Assembly: GCA_041650915.1 (NCBI GenBank)
Contig: JBAZKE010000002.1
Location: forward strand, 144,638-208,637
DNA length: 64,000 nt
Direction: 5' to 3'
DNA from: Patescibacteria group bacterium
Lineage (GTDB): Bacteria; Patescibacteriota; Patescibacteriia; UBA10025; JAHIVO01
Every line of letters starts with the position of its first letter. The first letter of the stretch is position 1. Below the pieces are notes generated by a model. That model searched no databases and was not told where the DNA came from. It saw only the letters and a list, made by a program, of their open reading frames with translations. A program made the position numbers and the translations under genes. Positions 37,230 to 46,413 of the stretch are shown one piece after another.

Positions 37230-38668
37230 TGCCTATGCGAATTTTCACTGATCAGGAAAAAAAGCTGGCGTTTTACGGGTTCTTGTTTGTGGGGCTCTAT
37301 CTATACTTTTTCTTTTTTTCGCTTGTCGTACTCCGTTGCCTTCCGTTTATCAGGGAGCTGTACCTCGTAAAAATGGTAGCAGTTGAAATGGGCAGGTGGA
37401 CTCCGGCCGTTTTTTTGGTGCTACTCGGCCTCGTATACTATGTGGTGGCAAAAAAATTTAGCTCTCAGCACATCTCCAGGCAGTCGGTTCCGGTCGTGCT
37501 ATTTTTTGCGGTTATTTTTCACCTCCTTCTTTTGCTCAGCTTTCCGACCCTCTCGGCGGACATCACGGGCTACATAGCGCGTTCGACGATTGTGACTGAA
37601 CACCACCAGAATCCGTACCGGGTGACGCCAGACGAGGTTGATCCCTCGCTCTACACAAACTGGAGCGACACAAAGATGGCGTACGGCCCGCTCTGGACGC
37701 TTATCGGCTCCTACACCCGAATTTTTAGTGGCGATCAGGGAGCAAACTTTTTTATTTTCAAGCTCGTGACAGTAGCATTCAGCGCCGGATGTGCCGTACT
37801 CGTATATGGGATTGTCCGCCGCCTCAAGCCGGGGCGCGAGCGGCTCGCGCTGCTCCTGTATCTCTGGAATCCGCTCATCCTTGTCGAAACGGTCGGGAGC
37901 GGCCACAATGACGTCGTGCTCGCCTTCTTCTTGCTCCTTGCCGTTTATTGCGCCGTAAGCGGGCGCCGGCTTCTGTCATTTGTCGCGCTCGCCTTGTCTG
38001 CGCTCGTGAAGTATGTCACGGTCGTTGCGGTACCGTTTTTCCTGCTCCTGTATTGGTGGCAGGGCGGCAAGCGCAGTGAACGTGCCGTTTTTTCACTGAA
38101 GGGCGCATTCATCATGGTCGTGACGGCCGTTGCGGTCGTGTTTCCGTTCTGGGGGGATGGGTTTCTCGAGGGCATTTTTCAGCACTCGCAGTCGCTCGGC
38201 GGCACCTTGCTGTTTGGGGGCATAGCAAATACGCTGGCGTACTTTATCATCGTCATCCTCATGGGTTCCCCATTTGATTCGGCAGCCGTCCACAGCGTAG
38301 TCAGCAATGCAAATGCCGCATTTCTGGCCGTAGCGCTTATGGTACTGTTATCCGTTTACCTGTACCGGCAGAAAAAATCGTATGTTGATTGCATTGCCAT
38401 GCTGCTGCTCGTGCTGTTTGCAATCGCGGTGTTGAGCCCGTTCTTTTTCCAGCCCTGGTACTACGTGTGGGGGCTCGGGCTCCTCATCGTCTGGGGCGCC
38501 GTTGTTCGGGACGGGCGGTACCTGACGCTCGCTGCACTCGCTTCATTCGCAGGTCTGTTTACCTACACAATTTTCAGCATTGTCTCTATACTGATAGGTA
38601 TCGCGCTGTTTACGATGGAGCGGCTCTCGGGGGACGTAAAAGGTTTTTTTAAGCAGCTGCGGGCTTAA
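37229..38668 (+). CDS. MptA/MptB-like polyprenol-phosphomannose-dependent mannosyltransferase
   Basis: SADITGY, NPY, YGPLW, LWNPLILVETVGSGHND, LVKY, QPWY. Confidence 0.75.
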   Translation: MPMRIFTDQEKKLAFYGFLFVGLYLYFFFFSLVVLRCLPFIRELYLVKMVAVEMGRWTPAVFLVLLGLVYYVVAKKFSSQHISRQSVPVVLFFAVIFHLLLLLSFPTLSADITGYIARSTIVTEHHQNPYRVTPDEVDPSLYTNWSDTKMAYGPLWTLIGSYTRIFSGDQGANFFIFKLVTVAFSAGCAVLVYGIVRRLKPGRERLALLLYLWNPLILVETVGSGHNDVVLAFFLLLAVYCAVSGRRLLSFVALALSALVKYVTVVAVPFFLLLYWWQGGKRSERAVFSLKGAFIMVVTAVAVVFPFWGDGFLEGIFQHSQSLGGTLLFGGIANTLAYFIIVILMGSPFDSAAVHSVVSNANAAFLAVALMVLLSVYLYRQKKSYVDCIAMLLLVLFAIAVLSPFFFQPWYYVWGLGLLIVWGAVVRDGRYLTLAALASFAGLFTYTIFSIVSILIGIALFTMERLSGDVKGFFKQLRA

Positions 38669-38684
38669 TATTCATTGTTACGGT

Positions 38685-40310
38685 ATGGGCATTGCGGCGT
38701 ATGTGAAGAGTTTCACGAAAGGGGAATGGTGGTTTTTGGTTGCCATCGCCATCGGAGTCATTGCTGTCACCGGTTTGCCATACGTGTACGGCTGCATGAC
38801 AGCCCCCGCGGGGACGGTTTATACCGGCCTGCACCACCTGACCCCTGGCGACACGAATGTTTTCCTGTCGATGATTGAGCAGACTAAACAGGGGGAGAAC
38901 GTTTTCATCAATCTCTATACATCGGAGCCACAGGAGCGGCTCTTTGTGAATCCGCTTTGGCTCTCCGTCGGATGGATCGGCAGGCTGCTCGGGGCTTCAG
39001 GCTTGCTCGCGCTCCACATTGCCCGTTCGCTGCTCATCGCGGGATTTATTTTTGTCGCATACCTCTTCATTGCTTATTTTATTGAGAAGCGGAGCTACCG
39101 CCGCTGGGCGCTCCTTTTGCTCGTTTTTTCATCGGGACTCGGGGTATTTTTTAATCCATTTTTGTTTGATACGAGCAATATCTACGAACACCCGACCGAT
39201 ATCTGGGTCGCTGAGAGCATAACGTTTTTGACGCTGTACCACTCGCCGCACCTCGTCGCTTCACTGATGCTGATTATACTCGTTTTCCTGCTGATGCTTT
39301 TTGCGTTCAGCACAGGCAAGTTCCGCTACAGCGCCGGCGCAGGGGCGGCATGTCTGCTGCTCGTTTGGTTCCACCCGTTCAACGGACCGACTGTATTTGC
39401 GGTGCTCGGGATATACATTTTCGCTTATTCAATAGTAAAGCGAAAAATAGTGTGGTCGTTCGTGCGGCACTACGTTGTTCTCGGTTTGTTTGCCGCGCTT
39501 CCGGTCGCGTACCTGTACTGGCTGTACCGGGCCGACTGGGTAATCCGCAGCTGGTCATCACAGAATATACTTCCGTCGCCGAGCGTCTGGATGTACCTCA
39601 TCGGTTTTGGCGCTGTTCTGCTTTTTGCCATCGTCGGGGCGTGGCGCGTATTGAAAAAACAGGGCTCGAAGCAGCTCTTTATCGTGTGTTGGGCTGCAAC
39701 TTCAGCGGTATTACTCTACGTGCCGGTTGATTTCCAACGGCGGCTGTCGGAAGGCCTGCACGTGCCGCTCGCGCTGCTCGCCTTCCTCGGCATCAGCTAC
39801 GCTGTCGGGCGGTTGCGGGAGACGTACGGCGCGGATACCGCTCGCGTGTACATCCTCATGATGCTCCTCATCGTATTTTTACCGCTGACAAACATACAGA
39901 TACTCGGACAGGATCTGTACATGTATTCCACCAAGAAGACCCTTCCGTACTACCTGTACGAAGGCGAAGTCGAGGCGATGCACTGGCTCCGCGATAACGC
40001 GGCCGAGCGCGAAATCACCTTTTCGAGCTACTATATGGGCAATTTTATTCCGGCGTATTCAGGAAGGATCGTGTGGATCGGGCACGGGCCGCAGACGATC
40101 GACCTTCCCCGAAAAAAAATTGCTTCGGATTGGTTCTGGGAAGCGGATGCCGAGATTTCAGAAAAGCGGCAGTTCCTGTACGATGAGGGGATCAGCTTCG
40201 TTTTCTACGGGCGCAAGGAGGAGGAAATTGGCACGTTTGATCCGGATACCAAGCCATTTCTCGAGCAAGTTTTCCGGAATGAGGATGTATCAATTTATCG
40301 CGTTCAGTAG
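38685..40310 (+). CDS. GT-C-like multipass membrane protein
   Basis: PGDTNVFLS, FHP, C-terminal EAMHWLR...GNFIPAYSGRIVWIGH. Confidence 0.62.
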   Translation: MGIAAYVKSFTKGEWWFLVAIAIGVIAVTGLPYVYGCMTAPAGTVYTGLHHLTPGDTNVFLSMIEQTKQGENVFINLYTSEPQERLFVNPLWLSVGWIGRLLGASGLLALHIARSLLIAGFIFVAYLFIAYFIEKRSYRRWALLLLVFSSGLGVFFNPFLFDTSNIYEHPTDIWVAESITFLTLYHSPHLVASLMLIILVFLLMLFAFSTGKFRYSAGAGAACLLLVWFHPFNGPTVFAVLGIYIFAYSIVKRKIVWSFVRHYVVLGLFAALPVAYLYWLYRADWVIRSWSSQNILPSPSVWMYLIGFGAVLLFAIVGAWRVLKKQGSKQLFIVCWAATSAVLLYVPVDFQRRLSEGLHVPLALLAFLGISYAVGRLRETYGADTARVYILMMLLIVFLPLTNIQILGQDLYMYSTKKTLPYYLYEGEVEAMHWLRDNAAEREITFSSYYMGNFIPAYSGRIVWIGHGPQTIDLPRKKIASDWFWEADAEISEKRQFLYDEGISFVFYGRKEEEIGTFDPDTKPFLEQVFRNEDVSIYRVQ

Positions 40311-42307
40311 GAGAGTTCGTACGGTTTTCCGACTTCATCCCTCTCGGTGATTGAAATTGCCGCAGAGCGGATGCCGTTTAGTTGCATGGTTCCGTGTATA
40401 CGGACGATCTGGATGCTGACATGGTAGCTGCTGGCCGAATACTCGCGTGGTATGAGAAACCAGTGGTTTGTTTTTACCGTGCTGCCGTTTTCCCACGAGC
40501 TCGTCGGATACAGTCCGTATCCGAGCTGGTACAGCTTCTCGTATACGTTATTGCCAGAGCCGTCGCGGATGGCGAGCTCGATTTGGTAATCATCAGTAAG
40601 AATTCCATGGACTTGCCAGTAGAGTGCAATTGGCAGGAGTCCGTACGGCGTCGTGCTGCCGTCCTGTTCGATTGGTTCCATGCCGACGAGGCTCAGCGGG
40701 CTGCTGGCGTTATTGGAGGTGCGCCGCACGTTTACAGGAAGCTGTTCAACGGATTCATACAGCGTAACGGCTGGCTGGATGCCGCGGCGGTAGAGGGCGA
40801 TATCGTCAATGATTTTTACTATTCCAAAGCCCCGTTCCTCGATCAGGCGTACGATCCGTTCGCTTCCGGTCGGGTACTGCTCGCTGTATGAGGTGATGGT
40901 TTCGGATTGAATGTTGTATACGATGAAATCACTGAAGTCGATGAGGAGCGTGTCCGCTGTATCCGGTATCGCGTATGGTTCGTCTGAGAATTGTTTTTTC
41001 CCCAGGAATGCATAGTGCAGGGAGTAGAGCTCAGGCCGCTGGGAAAGGTGTGGAAGAAACGAAAAGCTGGACACGACGCGGTCGGCACCATCGATGTGGT
41101 CAATAAATTCGCGGCAGAGGGCGCGGTATTCGCCCGCTGCTCCATTGTGGACCAGTGCCCTGGCAGAACCGATGAGCGGGCTGAACGTTACGAATGAGTA
41201 CAGTATCGCCGCTCCGAGAATGATGTATCCGATCGGCTGTTGCTTTGTAAAGAAACTGGTGAGCTTCCGTTTTTTGTACGCACCGCCGCGGATTGACCCG
41301 AGTCCGGCTGCTGCGGCGATGTAGAGAAATGGCACGATGAGCGCGGCGTAGTGTGTTTGCAGGATGACGGTGCTGCTGACGCCGGTCAAGAAGAGCTGGC
41401 CGGCGGTGAGGGCAACCGGGATTAGGTACCGCAGCTTGAGGATCGGGAGGAAGATAAGCGGCATGAGCAGCCCGACAGCCAGCAGAATGTTGTTGAAGCT
41501 GATAACTTGCTTGAGCACAAGGTGCGGTTTCAGAAAAAAGTTTTTAACGATCTCGCCGGGCGTTTCCCCGAGCCAGGAGTAGAAGCTCAGGAATTTATTG
41601 GAACCCGATACGTTGAAGTAACCCGTGAGCTGCAGGGCAGCAGCGAACCAGAGGATGCCCGCGGCGATCGGGACGAGCGCCCAACGCATCGGCCGCCGGT
41701 CGATGAGCGCGAGTACGCCGAACATCACGACGACGAGCGCGACATCTTCACGTACAAGCAACGACAGCAGAAGGAATGCGGTGAAGGGGATGAAGCGCTT
41801 TTCTGTGTAGAACAAGAATGCGAATACGAGCAGCGGAACGGCGAAGGTGAGTATGTGGAATTCAAAAAAGAGCATGTTGAGCACGAACGGGCACAGCAGG
41901 AATGACACCGCCGCTGCAAGTGACAGCCCAGCCGGGAGCCAGCGGCGTACAATGAGGTAGAGCGGCCACGCGGTGAGTGTAACGGCTGCCGTCTGAAGGA
42001 AGAGCAGCGTCAGCGGAGACTTGACGGCGGCGAAGAAGGGGACGAGTGCGAGGATGAAGAGCTCAAAGTGGTCGCCGAGGTACAGGTGGGGGTGGACGGT
42101 AAATTCGAAGAGCTGGCCGCCTGCCGTGTTGAAAAAAACCTGGCCGTAAATGCCGAGGTCAATCGCGTTGTAGCCGAAGCTGCCGTACTTGTCCATGAGC
42201 GCGAAAAAAATTCCGCACGTCGCCAGTACGATGGCTGCCCAGAGCGCCTTTTTACTGGTGCGGTCGCGGTCGAGGCAGCGCATGAGTTCCAGAACAGCTT
42301 TTTTCAT
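40304..42307 (-). CDS. DUF2079 family membrane protein (putative GT-C)
   Basis: DLGIYGQ, YLGDHF, FEFH, VRED, THYAA; start moved to ATG 42307. Confidence 0.75.
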   Translation of the reverse strand: MKKAVLELMRCLDRDRTSKKALWAAIVLATCGIFFALMDKYGSFGYNAIDLGIYGQVFFNTAGGQLFEFTVHPHLYLGDHFELFILALVPFFAAVKSPLTLLFLQTAAVTLTAWPLYLIVRRWLPAGLSLAAAVSFLLCPFVLNMLFFEFHILTFAVPLLVFAFLFYTEKRFIPFTAFLLLSLLVREDVALVVVMFGVLALIDRRPMRWALVPIAAGILWFAAALQLTGYFNVSGSNKFLSFYSWLGETPGEIVKNFFLKPHLVLKQVISFNNILLAVGLLMPLIFLPILKLRYLIPVALTAGQLFLTGVSSTVILQTHYAALIVPFLYIAAAAGLGSIRGGAYKKRKLTSFFTKQQPIGYIILGAAILYSFVTFSPLIGSARALVHNGAAGEYRALCREFIDHIDGADRVVSSFSFLPHLSQRPELYSLHYAFLGKKQFSDEPYAIPDTADTLLIDFSDFIVYNIQSETITSYSEQYPTGSERIVRLIEERGFGIVKIIDDIALYRRGIQPAVTLYESVEQLPVNVRRTSNNASSPLSLVGMEPIEQDGSTTPYGLLPIALYWQVHGILTDDYQIELAIRDGSGNNVYEKLYQLGYGLYPTSSWENGSTVKTNHWFLIPREYSASSYHVSIQIVRIHGTMQLNGIRSAAISITERDEVGKPYELSY

Positions 42308-42343
42308 AGGGTAATTGTATCGCATGCGCACCCGGAAAACAAA

Positions 42344-42370
42344 CCCCCCCGTCCGAAACGGACGGGGGGG
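42344..42370 (-). terminator. strong intrinsic terminator after major pilin
   Basis: CCCCCCCGTCCG-AAA-CGGACGGGGGGG followed by a U-rich tract on the minus strand. Confidence 0.82.
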
Positions 42371-42393
42371 GAGATATGTAGAATTACTTTGCT

Positions 42394-42747
42394 TTATGCA
42401 CCCGTTACGTTCTTAGTTTGCGAGACAACGAATATGACGATTGCCCACGCAAGTAAGATAACGATGAGACCAATGACAGCCGCTGAGATGATTTTTTTTG
42501 CTGAAGCAACTTTCTCTTCGTTACCGCCAGCAGTCATCCACTGGAAGCCGCCAATGAGGATCATGATAACAGCTACGAGTCCGAGGAATCCGAGTACCCA
42601 CTGTACGATATTGATCACGGTTGCCTCGAGGTCAGCGGTACCGAGACCAAAGGTCGGACCGAGATCTCCTGTGCCAACCTGAGCTGCCGCAGCCATAGGG
42701 AGTGCGAGTAGACCGATAGCAAGTAAACCAGTTGTGATTTTTTTCAT
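42394..42747 (-). CDS. TrbC/VirB2-type (CPR) pilin, probable major subunit
   Basis: signal peptide AAAQ, GGFQWMTAGGNEEKVASAKKII..AVIGLIVIL; SD AAAGGGGGTGA. Confidence 0.87.
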   Translation of the reverse strand: MKKITTGLLAIGLLALPMAAAAQVGTGDLGPTFGLGTADLEATVINIVQWVLGFLGLVAVIMILIGGFQWMTAGGNEEKVASAKKIISAAVIGLIVILLAWAIVIFVVSQTKNVTGA

Positions 42748-42887
42748 TGTATTCACCCCCTTTCCGTAAGGTTGTTACAACTAAATTAAATGATATTTTT
42801 ACTATATATCAGTGCAGTATATGCCCCTTATCGCATTATGTCAAGGGTAACGGCTCTATTATACACTTAAATTAAAAATTTGTCAAA

Positions 42888-43283
42888 TTAGCTGGCAATG
42901 CCCCGAATAACGCCTTCGAAAACGAACTTGAGTACAGAGTAGCTGAGCGTAATGACGAGTATCCCAAGCGTCGCCCAGACGAGTGTATCCTTCGCCTTCT
43001 TGATGAGCGTCGGGTTGCCTGCTGAGATAAGGAATTCGAAACCTCCGAGAATAAACATAAAGAGGGCGAAAATATCAACGCAAGCCAGGCAGAGCTGCAT
43101 CGCGCGGATCATAATAGAGATGAGATCCATGTTTTTCCCGAGGATATTCGGCAGCTTTACACTGCTCGTACTATCATCGCCGCCATCATCCTGCCCCATG
43201 GCAACCGCCGGCAATAGCAACATGCCTGCCGCGAATAGTGCGATGCACAGGGTTACGGAAATGGTAAGGTAATATTTTGCCAT
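42888..43283 (-). CDS. TrbC/VirB2-type pilin
   Basis: GGFEFLISAGNPTLIKKAKDTLVWATLG. Confidence 0.82.
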   Translation of the reverse strand: MAKYYLTISVTLCIALFAAGMLLLPAVAMGQDDGGDDSTSSVKLPNILGKNMDLISIMIRAMQLCLACVDIFALFMFILGGFEFLISAGNPTLIKKAKDTLVWATLGILVITLSYSVLKFVFEGVIRGIAS

Positions 43284-43323
43284 AGGGGAAAACTCAATAG
43301 GTTAAGTATAGCACACTCGTTTA

Positions 43324-44094
43324 CTATGGGGTGGAATTACACTGGGCGATATTTTGGCAGGTATTGGCGCTCCACAGGTGGGTAGCGGGAGACCCGAGGC
43401 ACCCGGTCGACGAAGTCACCGGGAAACAGCCATTGCTGCCGTCTTTTGGCACGCAGCACGTGTTGGTGTTTGCATACTGGTCACACGCAGCTGCGTAAAT
43501 ATCACACGAGCGCGCTTCGTGGAAGGCGGCATCAATGCCGGAGCGCGCTTCGTACTCAGCGCATACGGTCTCATTGACGTAGGCGCAGCCAAGATTGGTA
43601 AGCGTGCAGCACCCCTCGATCGGCGTTACGATTTCACCTTCACCGCCGCCCCACCACTCTTTTTGCCAGACATCGTACTCAGGGAAAACGTTTGGGCTGC
43701 CGGTCAGCACGAACACGACGAAATAAGACCACGCCCATGCCATGAAGAGGATGATGATGATGCCGAGCACGATCGAGCCGACCATCTTCTTGCCTTCTTG
43801 GATTTTTGTCGGGTTACCGCCTGCCATGATGAGGTTGAATCCCGCCCAGATCATCATGATCATGGTAATGTACGGAAGCACCTTAAGGCCGACGGATGCA
43901 ACATTCACAAACATCTGGATGAAATCATCCGCATTGCAGTTGCCCTCATCGAGCGCGCAGTCGGGCAGGATCTGGAATCCGCTGTCGTACCGTTCGTATT
44001 CGTACGCGTTTGCGGTACGCGGCGGCAGTGTGGCTGCGCAAGAGACTGAGATCGCTATCGCGAGCAGGATGATGATTTTTTTCCGGTGAGACAT
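43324..44094 (-). CDS. pilin with Cys-rich C-terminal domain
   Basis: AGFNLIMAGGNPTKIQEGKK, then GCC...CC...C repeats. Confidence 0.8.
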   Translation of the reverse strand: MSHRKKIIILLAIAISVSCAATLPPRTANAYEYERYDSGFQILPDCALDEGNCNADDFIQMFVNVASVGLKVLPYITMIMMIWAGFNLIMAGGNPTKIQEGKKMVGSIVLGIIIILFMAWAWSYFVVFVLTGSPNVFPEYDVWQKEWWGGGEGEIVTPIEGCCTLTNLGCAYVNETVCAEYEARSGIDAAFHEARSCDIYAAACDQYANTNTCCVPKDGSNGCFPVTSSTGCLGSPATHLWSANTCQNIAQCNSTP

Positions 44095-44097
44095 AGG

Positions 44098-45489
44098 CTA
44101 GTATCCCTGTTGGATTTTATTTGCGGCGAGATCGATTGCATCCTTGATTCCGGCGGTGCCCGCTGCAACGGTCTCAACCATGATGCCGAAGTACTCATCG
44201 GCTTCTTCGGGGCTCCGGCCGTGGTACCAGCTCCGTGCGGTGAGCGCCTGCTGTGCGAAGACCGCAAGCTCGGGATCCTGGAGCTGTTCATTGATGACCG
44301 CTCTCAGCGCGCTCACCTGGCCGGTATTGGCAAGGTACGGGCGTACCTGCTGGTTGCTCGCCGCGTACTGGACGAAATTCCACGCGAGCTCGGAGCGCGG
44401 GGACTGCCGGGCTACCGTGTAGAGCCAGTAGTTCGCCACGCTGATCGGGGTTTGCGCATTGACCTGCGGCACCGGCGCGATCGCGTAGTCTATTCCGCTC
44501 GCCTTGGAGCGGATTTCCTCGTCCTGGTACCGGTATCCGAGGAAGAAGGCGAGCCGCCCGTCCGCAAAGGAATCGAGCGCATTCGGCATGGTACTGTTCC
44601 AGGTGTAGACTGATTTGGAGTTTTTTGCAAAGTCCGTATAGAATCTGAGCGCCTCCTGGCCGGGGAAGTATGTTCCATCGCTGCCGGAAGCCGTATTGAA
44701 GTAGACGCCCTTGCCGTCGGACATATTCGTGCCGTTCTGCATCATGAGGAGCGTCACGATATCGCTCGCCCGGGGGATATTGTCATACGTGCCGAGCGCA
44801 GCGCCTGCCCTGATGATATTGTCTTCGGCATCGAGGACTGCGATGCGCGTTACGACTCCGGTGAATTCATCCCACGTCACGGGAGGTTCGGCGACTCTCG
44901 CGTAGCCCAGAAGGGTCCGGTTGTAGTACATTGAGAGAGAGTCCATGGCGAGCGGGAGTGCGTATATCTGGTCGTTGAAAACGACGTCGCCGTATACCAC
45001 GTCGACAAAGTCACTTTTAATCCTCGCGGGGGTGAGTGACGGCTCTGTCGCGGGGGTGATCTCCGTCTGTTCCTGGAAGAGCACCTTTTTTGTCGTATAG
45101 TAGTATACGTTTGTTGCAACCGGCATTGGCGCGATGAATTCATCCGACCGGAATTTGTTTACCCACGAGTGGGGCAGCATGTAGATATCGGGGCCGGTAT
45201 TTTTTGCCCACGCCTTGATGAGCATGTCCTCGTATTCTTCGAACCTGACCTTCACGTAGTTTACCGTTACGTACGGGTGGAGGAATTGGTACCCATCGAT
45301 GATCTCCCGTAAGTCGCTCGTATCATCCCATACGCCCCATACGGTCAGCGTCTGCTTCGCCGGCGGCGTTACCGGATTCTGGAAAAGCATGATGAAAACG
45401 ACGCCGAGTATGACAAGGGCGATGAAGCCGAGCACCATAACGATAAAAAGCTTCGACAGGCCGGTCCTCTTTAAAATTTCCGCAGTCAT
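44098..45489 (-). CDS. extracellular solute-binding protein (family 1, sugar-type), TM-anchored
   Basis: LTVWG, GPDI, YALPLAMDSLSMYYN, PPVTWDE, AWNFVQY. Confidence 0.85.
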   Translation of the reverse strand: MTAEILKRTGLSKLFIVMVLGFIALVILGVVFIMLFQNPVTPPAKQTLTVWGVWDDTSDLREIIDGYQFLHPYVTVNYVKVRFEEYEDMLIKAWAKNTGPDIYMLPHSWVNKFRSDEFIAPMPVATNVYYYTTKKVLFQEQTEITPATEPSLTPARIKSDFVDVVYGDVVFNDQIYALPLAMDSLSMYYNRTLLGYARVAEPPVTWDEFTGVVTRIAVLDAEDNIIRAGAALGTYDNIPRASDIVTLLMMQNGTNMSDGKGVYFNTASGSDGTYFPGQEALRFYTDFAKNSKSVYTWNSTMPNALDSFADGRLAFFLGYRYQDEEIRSKASGIDYAIAPVPQVNAQTPISVANYWLYTVARQSPRSELAWNFVQYAASNQQVRPYLANTGQVSALRAVINEQLQDPELAVFAQQALTARSWYHGRSPEEADEYFGIMVETVAAGTAGIKDAIDLAANKIQQGY

Positions 45490-46371
45490 CTACGTGCGTT
45501 GTTTAGTGATTGAGCGCAGGTATTGCAGGAGCTCGACTGACAGGTCGTCCCGCATAAGGGCAAAATCAATGTTTGCCTTGAGGTATTCGAGCTTGCTGCC
45601 CGTATCGTAGTATGTGCCGTTTATAATTTCACAGGCGTATACCGGTTCATCTTTCATCAATTTTTGGACGGCATCGACGAGCCAGAGCTCGTTATCTCTG
45701 CCAGGGGCCAGATTGGTGAGGTGCGGCATGATGCCCGGGGTAAAGACATACCCGCCGTGCGTCGCGAGGTTCGAGGGGGCGGATCCGGGTTTCGGTTTTT
45801 CGACAATTGATTTTATTCGAAAAATATTATCCCTGACCGGCGTTACGTCCGCGATGCCGTACTTTGAAACATCCTTTTTATTTGGGATGCGGACGGCGCT
45901 AATGACTGATTTTCCAAACTCTCCGTAGACATCAATGAGCTGCTTGAGCCGCGGCGGGGCGCTGTAAATGAATTCATCGCCCCACAGGACGGCGAATGGC
46001 TCGTCGTCGAGCAGGTGGCTCGCCGAGAGAATGGGCGTCCCGTTGCCGTAGCAGCCTTTTTGCCGCACATAGATAAAATTGGCCATCTCAGCAATGTCCC
46101 TCATCTGCCGCAGGAGCTCTGTTTTTCCGGTTTGCTCCAGTTGCCGCTCGAGCTCGTACGAATGGTCAAAGTGGTCTTCGAGTGACCGTTTTTGCCAACT
46201 CGTAACGATGATAATGTCTTTGATGCCCGACTGTACCGCTTCCTCGACCACGTACTGGATTATCGGCTTGTCGACAATCGGCAGCATTTCTTTCGGCTGT
46301 GCTTTTGTGGCAGGCAGAAAGCGCGTCCCGAAGCCTGCAGCGGGTATGATGACTTTGTGGATTTTTTTCAT
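45490..46371 (-). CDS. galU: UTP--glucose-1-phosphate uridylyltransferase
   Basis: IPAAGFGTRFLPATKAQPKEMLPIVDKP, VEKP, YDTG. Confidence 0.95.
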   Translation of the reverse strand: MKKIHKVIIPAAGFGTRFLPATKAQPKEMLPIVDKPIIQYVVEEAVQSGIKDIIIVTSWQKRSLEDHFDHSYELERQLEQTGKTELLRQMRDIAEMANFIYVRQKGCYGNGTPILSASHLLDDEPFAVLWGDEFIYSAPPRLKQLIDVYGEFGKSVISAVRIPNKKDVSKYGIADVTPVRDNIFRIKSIVEKPKPGSAPSNLATHGGYVFTPGIMPHLTNLAPGRDNELWLVDAVQKLMKDEPVYACEIINGTYYDTGSKLEYLKANIDFALMRDDLSVELLQYLRSITKQRT

Positions 46372-46413
46372 ACGGCCAGTGGGTGTTGTGCGTCTGATTT
46401 TACCATAAAAACG

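Noticed and set aside
43354-44049. 231-aa + strand ORF
   Set aside because: Antisense shadow of the Cys-rich pilin, no motifs.
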